Assembly (NCBI GenBank): GCA_964234715.1
Contig: OZ174281.1
Source of the DNA: Podarcis melisellensis
Lineage: Eukaryota
DNA length: 64,000 bases
Strand: one strand, 5' to 3'
Of this stretch, positions 50,865 through 61,491 are shown in pieces (position 1 is the first letter of the stretch; every line of letters starts with the position of its first letter). The notes below the pieces were generated by a model. The model was not told where the DNA came from. It saw only the letters and a program-made list of their open reading frames with translations, and made no database searches. The translations under genes were made by a program, and so were the position numbers.

Positions 50865-51374
50865 CACAATCTGGGAGTAAGCCCTATTGAACTCAATAGC
50901 ACACAACTGCCATACAGAAAGAAGTACACCTCCGCAATTATATAATAAAAACGTCAGCACATTCCACACCCACTCATAAGATTAAATAAGCAATATATAT
51001 ATCCATTTCACTTCATTTAATTTCATGTCCCCACTATTCAAATTCCAAAGCTTAAATCCTAAGCACTCTTACCTGACAAAAAGTCACACTGAATTCAACA
51101 GGACTCACATCTGGGTAGATATGGTTAGGATTGAACTAGAAATCTCAAAATGCAATGGAGAAAATAGACCATACCTGCAACAGGTAGTTTAGCCTCAGCT
51201 GTTTACTATATATAAAGAAGATGATGATTCATGAATCTAGATGGAAAATTAAATAAAGTCTGAAAAATTAAAAGGCAAGTACATATGATGTATAAAAGGT
51301 TGTATTGAAATGTCACTTAACGGTAAAGAACTACAGAGTGTACCATGCATGTAACTGCAGAGAACAAATCTTAC

Positions 51375-53795
51375 CTCTTCACCATTAGCCATCTCAGAAA
51401 GAAAATTGTTTCCACTGTTGCCTGTAAAAGGAACACTAGGTTTCTCACTGCCAAGAATATTGTCTACCATCTGAACACTGGGTGTCAGGAAGGCAAACTC
51501 GTTCTTCCTGGTCTCAGAAGATAGACACAGCTGGTAGGAATAGGGCAAAGTCCCATCTTCAAAGTTGGGTGGGAAGATGGCACCATTCTTGGAATGGGGA
51601 ACAGGACCAAAGCACTGTAGGAACCTGGGATGCCCTGACTGACGGAGCTTCATTGTAATGGCCAGAATCACGGTCAAGAGGAACAAGAAGGAGATCACAG
51701 CTAAGGCCAGCACCAAGTAGAACTGCAGGTCAGACTGATACTCTGAGCTGCTGGGTTGGCTCTTCATTTCCGGAAGGGCCTCCTGAAAGTTCTCAGCAAA
51801 CACCAGGTTCAGAGTCATGGTGGCCGAGAGAGACGGCTGCCCGTTATCCTTCACCATAATGACCAGTCTCTGTTTCACAGCGTCTCTCTCCACAAAGGCC
51901 CTGGCTGTCCTGATCTCTCCAGTATGAGAACCAACCGTGAAGAGTGCTGGCTCAGTGGCCTGAGTCAGGTGGTAGGAGAGCCAGGCGTTGTGTCCAGAAT
52001 CTGCATCCACGGCCACCACCTTGGTGACAAGATAATCTGCCTCGGCCGAACGAGGCACCATCTCAAACAAGGCTGAGCCCTTGGCTTCTTGTGAGGGGGA
52101 CAGGATACGAGGGCTGTTATCATTCCTGTCAAGAACAAACACCCTGACGGTCACATTGCTGCTGAGAGGGGGAGAACCCCCATCTTGGGCCTTCACTTGC
52201 ACCCGAAACTCTCTGAATTGTTCATAGTCAAAGGATCTCTGGGCATAGATGGTGCCGGTCTCAGAATTAATGGAGATATAGGAGGAGATGGGAAGCTCCT
52301 CGATGTTGCTGTTGAGTATGGAGTATGTGATCCGTGAGTTCTGGTCAATGTCGGGATCAGAGGCTTTGATGGTGAAAGTGGAGGCACCTGAAGGATTGTT
52401 TTCTGGCACATAGATGCTGTAGGATGATCTCTGAAATGTAGGGGCATTATCATTGATATCTGAGATCTGTAGTGAGATTGTTTTGTGTGTGGAAAGAGGT
52501 GGAGTTCCTCTATCAGTGGCTGTGATTGTAATATTATATGCAGGAGCTATTTCTCTGTCCAAAGGGCTGACTGTCAGAAGTTTGTAGAAATTGTTAGATG
52601 AGGAAATAATCTTGAAGGGCAAATCACTGTTTAAATAGCAGGTAACTTTTCCATTATCACCAGCATCTTTGTCATTTACATTGATTAGAGCAATTAAGGT
52701 TTCAGATGGTGAATCTTCAGGAACAGGGCTGAACATGGAGGTTAAGGTCACATCTGGGGCATTATCATTCTCATCAAGAACCCTTATCTCAATATTACAA
52801 TGAGTCACCAATCCTCCGCCATCTTTTGCAGCAACCGTCATAGTATATTCATCGTTGTCCTCAAAATCCAGTCGCTCCAAGAGGGTGATTACGCCACCAA
52901 TGGGATCTAGACTGAATTTCTCTTGGGAAGTTGCTGGTATGTTGCTGAAATGATACCTGATTTGGGCATTTGTACCTTCATCCTTATCAGAGGCTGCAAC
53001 CTGGAGCACCGTGGATCCAATAGGAGCATTTTCACTCAAACTGACCTTGTACACCTCTTGAGTGAAGACAGGCGGGTTGTCATTGGCATCGGTGATATTA
53101 ATCCGTATCTGGGCTGTTCCACTTTTCCTAGGCTCACCCCCATCCATAGCGGTAAGTACTAAGTGAAGGTTCTGCTCTTTTTCCCGATCCAAAGATTTCT
53201 GCAACACCAGTTCTGCATATTTATTTCCATCTTTTCTCTCTCTAACTTCCAAATTGAAGTACTGATTGGAGCTCAGCTGGTAATCCTGGAGAGAGTTCAC
53301 CCCAATGTCAGGATCTTCCGCTTTCCCAAGGAGAAATCGAGTGCCTAGCAGAGTGGATTCAAGGATCTCTAAATTGATATTGCTATTCAGGAACTGGGGT
53401 GCATTATCATTAACATCCTGGATTTCTACTGTGACATGGAAAACATTCAGCGGGTTTTCTACCACAACTTCAAACTGAACAAAGCAAAGTGGATTTTTGC
53501 CACATATCCCCTCCCTATCAATCCTGTCATTTACATAGAGGTTTCCATTCTCTGCATTGATACTGAAATGCTGCATTTTAGCCACAGACACAGTGTGCAG
53601 ATTGCGATGTTTTAGCTCTTTGGTGCTCAGTCCCAGGTCCTTGGCGAGTTTCCCCACAACGGAACCCTTTGCCATCTCCTCAGGGGTTGAATAATGAATC
53701 TGCTCTGATGCAGCCCAACAGGTAAAAGACAATAGAGAGAGAAGCAGTACTTGCCTTGTGAGTGCCCTGCCATTCCCTGGGTGCCTTCTCTCCAT
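51375..53795 (-). CDS. Protocadherin gamma-B-like variable exon (807 codons), probable chimera
   Basis: ORF 51249-53795; donor GAG|GTAAGA at 51375; 5' part nearly identical to the 30.8-kb exon. Confidence 0.95.
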
Positions 53796-54063
53796 CTGGC
53801 TGGTTCTCTCAAAAACAGGCTGCTTCCTTTTCTCAGTTTCCTATGCTTAAGCTCTCACAGTGATGAAGGAAACAACATGAGGTATCACTGAGGAAGAATA
53901 AATTGCCCTTGTTCTCATATGTGTGCAAAGCAAAGGAGATTTTTCCTTCTCTGCAAGAGTTCCCTGTCTCTGTGCTCTTCAGTTGGCCTGCTCTGAATAG
54001 CAGTGATGGGAGTTACTGTAGTCTAGGAAGCATCACTACAGTATCCTCTCTCTGGCTCTCATA

Positions 54064-54105
54064 CTGGCCAACACTGACACTTGGAGGACTACTGAAGGAA
54101 CTGCA
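54064..54105 (-). promoter_or_regulatory. CSE/CTCF element, CAGT variant (duplicate of 33461)
   Basis: Identical to 33461-33502. Confidence 0.75.
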
Positions 54106-54360
54106 AGGAAAACCATGTTCACCATAACATAGAAAGATGGAACTGAAAGAATTTACATGTTTCTACAATGTGAACTTTCTCTTTAGCCAACTGCAAGTGG
54201 GGCATTTGAAAAAGCTTTCCCTTGTTTCACCTTTGTTTAGCATATTTATTACTAATTACTTTTATTGTCCACAGCTTCAGCAACAAAGGCTTCCAGGGTG
54301 GGGTACAGGTCCAAAACAGCAATATAAATAAAACAAAAATAAAACAAACTACACTCATAA

Positions 54361-54540
54361 TAGAGACCAACTAAGTTTGTTATTGGTATGAGCTTTCGTG
54401 TGCATGCACACTTCTTCTTCGTGCATGCACATGAAAGCTCATACCAATAACAAACTTAGTTGGTCTCTAAGGTGCTACTGGAAGGAATTTTTTTATTTTG
54501 TTTCAAGTACAGCAGACCAGTACAGCTACCTACCTGTAAC
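54361..54540. mobile_element. Penelope-like palindromic remnant (duplicate), with a 15-bp flanking direct repeat
   Basis: AACTACACTCATAAT at 54347-54361 and 54538-54552. Confidence 0.6.
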
Positions 54541-55064
54541 TACACTCATAATGTTTGGTTGTGAATAGATTTCATTTATTTTCTAACTGGCCTCAATCCA
54601 GCTCCCTTTCAAAATGGGATTGGTGACTCTGGCAGATTTTCATTATTCCCCTTACACATACATGCAAAAGAAGCACAAACTATCCCTTTTTAAATGCAGT
54701 GGAAGGCCCTTTGAGATACTAGGTGTGGATAAATTTCTGGATAATTCCCCCCCCCCCCTCACTCAGTTCCCTTCAGCAACAAAGTGAAGAATGGACTCTC
54801 TTTTCCCTGCTCAGTAACCTCAGTTCATGGTAGATGTGGGCAGAGATGGCAGTTAGCATTTTGCAGACATATTCAAGGGAAGATTCCTCTTTTGCCTTCC
54901 TTGTCAATAATGGGTGTAGCTTCTTCATGCACTAGGACTTTGACTGAGGAGGCTGCAGCTCCCAGAGGAGGCCAGTGGCTCTCTCCAAGGTCTTCAGCAA
55001 AGGGGTCAGAAGACAGCAGAGGAACACAGAGGCTAGAGTTACTTTCAGTGGCTTTTTAGATAGT

Positions 55065-55475
55065 ACTGTGAAAATTGAGATTGCATCTGGGACTGTAGTT
55101 TCGCTTACATGAAGATGATACTCATATCCACTTTTTATTGGTAATATGGTGATATTGTTTTTATATATACTTGTGTACAGTTATAACCAGTATATTTAAC
55201 CTTCCCCCACCATATTACATATCTGTGTTGCACAAATAAACTGTGCCATTAATTTGAAGCAGAGAATTGAATCCTGTCATGGTAAACAGTGTGGGGTGGT
55301 TTCATGGTTTGAAAGTTCCTTTATCACCAGTAGTTGTTGATCCTTGATGATACTTCCAAGTGAAGAGCCTTCCTCCACTTCCTCAGGGAATAAGTGGCAA
55401 ATCCTCAAGGATTGGTAATGACTTGCCAATGTTAACAGATAAAAGAGACAGAGTGATAAAAGAATTGTAAGTCTA
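55065..55475 (-). pseudogene. Duplicate of the decayed protocadherin 5' relic
   Basis: Homologous to 34460-34870 (…ICHLFPEEVEEGSSLGSIIKD…). Confidence 0.62.
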
Positions 55476-56400
55476 AGGTGTTAGAAGGGAGATCTTCTGA
55501 TTCTGAGGTATAAATAGGATCAACGTGAGCAATTTTGTTAGCAGGTTTTATTGAAAATATGCCACAGTGGTCTTTAGGAGGTAGCTTGCTTTGCGTGGTG
55601 GGGATAGATTGAGTTATAACTTCCTGTCAACAGCTAAAACAATCCTGCGTGGCACCCCCATGCAATTTCAGCTAACAAGGAAACTCTCTTTGCTGCTCCT
55701 AAGACATATCATAGAAATGCAAACGGGCCTTGTGCCATGTTCAGACATATTCAACAAAAGCCTGACATTCTTTATAAAGTTATCTAACTCCATCCAGAAC
55801 TGAAAGATTTTCATTGCTCTCATAGTTTCTCTCATTCATATTTCAGAAAGTTTTTTTTAATCATATAAAATACAAGGATGATAAATATACAATTACATAT
55901 GGCTTGAGCTAACTGGAGGCAACTATAGCAGGACACACATCAAAACTACCCCGCTCCCACCGTTGGGACTTTGCAGAGTTATGTGGCCACTGCCAGATCC
56001 ACAGCCCTGCTGTTCACATTAGCCATAGCAGAATATGGAGATCCAGAATGACCTGGTCCGAGTCTGTTGCATGACTGCAGCAAGACCGGCTCAGGATACA
56101 ACAGTCACTGGGCCAGCTCAGCCATGGCCCTGCTCTCAGAATGACCCATTTGGGGCTCTCCATTGGCTCCTGCACACCCAGCAGGTAGAAGGTGATGTCA
56201 GCTGAGCCGAGAGAGCCAGGCAGAGGGACGTCTCTGCCTAATCCAACTCCGTTCCCTGGCTCAGTGGAAATGGGGGTTGGATTGCTTTGTGTATCATCAC
56301 TGGCTTATTAAAATACCTGTCTGACCTCTTTAGACTCTCAGATGATGCCAAATATTATTGCTCAAAATGTGAAATAAATTTGCCCTGTTATAATATCCTA

Positions 56401-56741
56401 CTTGAGAGTCCCATGGACTGCAAGAAGATCAAACCTATCCATTCTGAAGGAAATCAGCCCTGAGTTCTCACTGGAAGGACAGATCATGAAGCTGAGGCTC
56501 CAGTACTTTGGCCACCTCATGAGAAGAGAAGATTCCCTGGAAAAGACCCTGATGTTGGGAAAGATGGAGGACACAAGGAGAAGGGGATGACAGAGGACGA
56601 GATGGTTGGACAGTGTTCTCAAAGCTACCAGCATGAGTTTGACCAAACTGCGGGAGGCAGTGGAAGACAGGAGTGCCTGGTGTGCTCTGGTCCGTGGGGT
56701 CACAAAGAGTCGGACACGACTAAACGACTAAACAACAACAA
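56401..56741 (+). mobile_element. Bov-B/RTE 3' end (duplicate of 35789-36129)
   Basis: Identical ORF translation and TSD. Confidence 0.92.
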
Positions 56742-56944
56742 TATCCTACTACACTAATATTTAACGCACCATTGTTTTCTATATGATGAAATTCTGGGAG
56801 ACTGAACCAAGGGAAGGGAAAGGGCAGGAAGCCATTCCCCACTGGCAGAGACAATACTTGGCCATTATATGGCACTTCTGAGTGTTAGGCCAGTGTTATT
56901 TATTGCACTGGTATTACAGATTTGCAGCTGAGAATGAGAAAAAA

Positions 56945-57141
56945 TGATGTTGGGAAAGATGGAGGGCACAAGGAGAAGGGGATGACAGAGGATGAGATGG
57001 TTGGATGTTGTTCTTGAAGCTACCAGCATGAGTTTGACCAAACTGCGGGAGGCAGTGGAAGACAGGAGTGCCTGGCATGCTCTGGTCCATGGGGTCACGA
57101 AGAGTCGGACACGACTAAACAACTAAACAACAACAACAACA
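56945..57141 (+). mobile_element. Bov-B/RTE 3' end cut by a deletion breakpoint (corresponds to 43110-43302)
   Basis: Starts abruptly at TGATGTTGGGAAAG; only the 3' TSD half ATAATAGCCCACA remains. Confidence 0.9.
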
Positions 57142-58780
57142 TAATAGCCCACAAGATGCAAATTCCCCCAATTAATTAATTTCATTAAATTTTCATCTTA
57201 CGGTCTTTCCCACAACACAACACAGCAGACCCATCCACAGAATTCCATTCCATAAAAACGTAAGAACAGTCCTACTGAATCAAACCAATGGCCTATGCAG
57301 TCAAGCATCCTGTCTCCCACAGTGGCTGACCAGATTCCTCTCAGAAGCTCCATTCTTGGACCACAGCAACTAAAATCAGAGGCACAATGCCTCTGGGACT
57401 AGAGGTAATATTGTCACCATGACTACAAACCAGTGATGGCTTTATCCACCATAAATTTCTCTATTAAATTTACATCTTGCCACTTTTCCTGTAGGAGCCC
57501 TCATATGATCTAAAGTCACCATATTCTCCTTAAAGCCACCAAGTTGGTGGTGATCACTGCATCTTGTAGTAGCAAATTCCATAGCTGAACTATAAGGTGA
57601 ACTATAACTTACATTGTTATAAAGAACAAAGAAACATAACATAAGAAGAAGCCTGCAATATTGGCCCAAAGGTGGAGCTTGTCCAGCACTCATGGAGGCC
57701 AACCAGAAGCCCATGGGAAGCCCCCAAGCAGAACATGTCACAACAGCACTGCCACCACCTGTGATTCCATGAATCTCATACTCACAGGCATATAGATAGC
57801 CTCTGGCGGTGGAGGCAGAACCTAGACATCATGGTTTGTAGCCATGGAATTTGTGCAAACCGCTTTTAAAGCCATTCAGGCTGTGGGCTATCACAGCCTC
57901 TTGTTAGTTATGAGAGAGAGAAAAAACTTTTCTATTTCTGCATTTGCCATGCCATGCTGAAATCTATTCCTCTCAATTATGTCCTTCCTTATTTGCCTTT
58001 TCTCCCCTAAACTTAAAAATCCGAAACGTCACAACCTTTCCTCATAGGGGAATTACTCCACCCACCTCTCGTTGTGCTTGCCCTTTCCTGAACATTCTTC
58101 AGTTTTATTTTTAATTCCTTTCCTAACAATCTCTACCATGGTTTTCACCTTTTCCACATCTGTTTTACACTGTGTCAATATCTTCATCGAGCTATCCACT
58201 ATGACTCCAGGATCTTGTTCCTAGTCAGTCACCACTGATGACAAAATATGTGAAAAAAAGATTTCTTTGCACTTTCTTAAATGGGGTCTTACATTGAATT
58301 GTTGTTACCTTATTATTGATATCTACATCAGTACGGAAAACTCAGATTCACTGCACTCTTCCGTTTCATTCATAATTACTAGAAGTTAAACCATAACAAG
58401 ATCAAGACTCACCTGAACATCATTTTCAGCTACAGCATTGAAGATGCCCCTGCCATTGCAACTTGAAGGCTACTTGTAAAAAATGTACTCTACATTATGA
58501 ACAGCAGGTTCTAGTAATATAATTTCATGTTTTTTTGGTTCTCTCATTTACTAAACCAGGTAGGTAAGAGGAAGACAAATTAAAAATATTAGTTTTACTC
58601 AGTGCAATTTGTCTAGGCAAAGAGGCGCCTAATTTGTTCTCTTATAATGGCAAAAGAGACTACCTGAGAGATGCCAGAACTGAGTTCTGGTGCGTTCTGA
58701 CTGAAATAAAGGTCTGGTTTTACTCCTACAAGGAGCAAGGTTGTGGTGCCAACATCACAGTTTCTGAAAGCAAAACTTAC

Positions 58781-61210
58781 CTGCTCACCAACCTCCTCTT
58801 TGGCACTGGCATCCCCACAGTTGCCATCCACAAGAACCACCTGAGAGCTATCATTGCATAGCAAGTTTTCTGACACCTGGATATGGGGTTTCGGGAAAGA
58901 GATCTGCTCTTTCCTCATCTCTGACGATAGGCAGAGTTGGTAGGAATAAGGTAAAGTTCCTTCTTCATAGTTTGGTGGAAATATGACCTGCGCCTTAGGA
59001 AAAGTATTAGGTTCGAAGCATTGGAATAATTTGGGATTTCCTGATTGTCGAAGTTTCATGACAATGACCAGTATCACCGTCAGGAGGAATAAAAATGAGA
59101 TCAATGCCAAAGCCAGCACTAAGTAAAACTGGAGGTCAGAATGATGCTCTGTGTCACTGGATTGCCTAGTCATTTCTGGAAGTGCCTCTTGGAAGTTCTC
59201 GGCAACCACAAGGTTGAGGACCACAGTAGCTGAGAGCGGAGCCTTCCCATTGTCCTTCACCAGGATGACCAGCTTCTGTTTCACAGCATCTTTCTCCAGA
59301 AGGGCTCGTGACGTCCTGATCTCTCCCGTGTGGGTCCCAATGGTGAAAAGGGCCGGCTCTGTGGCCTGAAGCACTTGGTAGGAGAGCCAGGCATTGTGCC
59401 CAGAGTCAGTGTCCACAGCCACCACTTTGGTCACTAGGTAGCCTGGCTCTGCCAAGTGAGGAACCATCTCAAACAAGGCAGAGCCCTCGGCACCCGTGAA
59501 AGGATACAGAACACGAGGGCTGTTATCGTTCTGATCCAAAATGTACACCCACACGGTGGCATTGTTGCTGAGAGAGGGAGAGCCGCCATCTTGGGCCTTC
59601 ACTTGGATCTGAAACTCCCTGAATTGCTCATAGTCAAAGGAGCGCTGTGCATAGATAGTTCCCGTCTCAGAGTTGATGGAGACGTAAGAGGAGAGAGGCA
59701 GCTCCTCCATGTTGCTGTTGAGGATGGAGTAAGTGATACGTGAGTTGCGGTCCAGATCCGGGTCTGAGGCTTTGATGGCAAAAATGGAGGCACCTGAGGG
59801 ATTGTTTTCAGGCACAAAGACACTATAGCTTGATTTTTCAAAGGCAGGGGGGTTGTCATTGATATCTGAAATCTGCAGGGAGATGGTTTTGTTGGAGGAG
59901 AGAGGGGGGCTACCTTTGTCGGTGGCCGTGATTGTGATGTTGTACTCTGAGGCTTTTTCTCTGTCCAAAGGACTGTCTGTGAGGATTTTATAGTAGTTCT
60001 TAGATGTTGACACTATTTGAAATGGTACATTACCTTGTAGATGGCATGTAAGTTTTCCATTTTCTCCAGAATCTTTATCCTTTACGTTGATGAGAGCAAT
60101 TAGTGTTCCAGAAGCAGAGTCTTCAGGAACTGGACTAGATAAGGAGGCCAGAATGATCTCTGGAGCATTGTCATTCTCATCTATAATCTTTATATCAACA
60201 TTACAGTGAGCCACTAATCCTCCTCCATCTCTTGCTTCAACTGTCATAGTGTACCTCTCTGTTTCCTCAAAGTCAAGAGCTTTTTTAATTGTAATTGTAC
60301 CACTTTGTGGTTCTAGTTCAAATATTTGGTGGGCTGTTTCTGGGATGTTATTAAAAATATAACTAATATGTGCATTTAGACCTTCATCCCTATCAGAGGC
60401 TTTTACTTGGAGTATGGGGGACCCCAGAGGGGAATTTTCCCTCAGGCTAACTGTATAAACTTCTTGATTGAAGACTGGTGGGTTGTCATTGGCATCTGTG
60501 ACATTAATCCATATCTGGGCAGTCCCAGTTTTTCTGGGTTCACCCCCATCCAGGGCCGTAAGGATCAACTGAAGCGAGTGCTCACTTTCCCGATCCAAAG
60601 ATTTTTGCAGCACTAATTCTGCATATTTATGGCCATCTTCTCTCTGTCGAATCTCTAGAATGAAATAGTGATTTGGACTTAGCTGGTAATTCTGGAGAGA
60701 ATTAATCCCAATATCAGGATCTTCAGCTTTCCCAAGGATAAATCTGGCACCTGGTAATGTGGATTCAATTATTTGAAGCCCAATATTGCCCTTTATGAAT
60801 TGTGGGGCATTATCATTAATGTCCTGAATTGCTACACTTACATGGAAAACATTCAATGGCTTTTCCACCACAGCTTCAAAATCAATAATGCAGTGTGTGC
60901 TCTCTCTACACATCCCCTCACGATCTATCCTCTCATTCACATACAGGTTTCCATTTTCAGCATTGATAGTGAAATATGGCTTTTTACCTTCAGAAATGAT
61001 ATGCAGGTTTCTGCTCTTCAGTTCTCTGGCATTTAGTCCCAGATCCTTGGCAAGATTTCCCACCAAAGACCCCTTTGCCATCTCCTCAGGGATGGAATAG
61101 TGAACCTCTTCCAAAACTGCTGCACAAAGCAAAGATGAAAATATCAGAAGGGTAATATGCCTTCCTGGTGTTTGAAAGCTCTCTCCATGAAGGATTCCTC
61201 TCATCTTCAT
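58781..61210 (-). CDS. Protocadherin gamma-B-like variable exon (810 codons), recent duplicate of the 44.9-kb exon
   Basis: ORF 58613-61234 (first ATG 61210); donor CAG|GTAAGT at 58781. Confidence 0.95.
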
Positions 61211-61449
61211 TTTCCTCTTCTCTTTGATGAGCACAGGATTTCAGATTTCCACCAAGACAGGAGATTTTTTTGCCCAGTAAAAAAAGAACTGGATCCTTTG
61301 GCTTAATTTGTATATGCTGCAGTATTTTCTGTTTTCCAGCTGAAACGTTTGTTCCAGCGTCTGCTGGTATTCCCGATGTGCAGTTTGGGACAAAGAGATC
61401 TCTCTGCAGAAAGCATCAGTGGAACTTCAGCTGCCCTTGGGTTGCCGCC

Positions 61450-61491
61450 TTGTCCAACAGTGACACTGTGAGTCTGAAACTGAGAACTGCA
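61450..61491 (-). promoter_or_regulatory. CSE/CTCF element, CACT variant (duplicate of 47612)
   Basis: Identical to 47612-47653. Confidence 0.78.
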
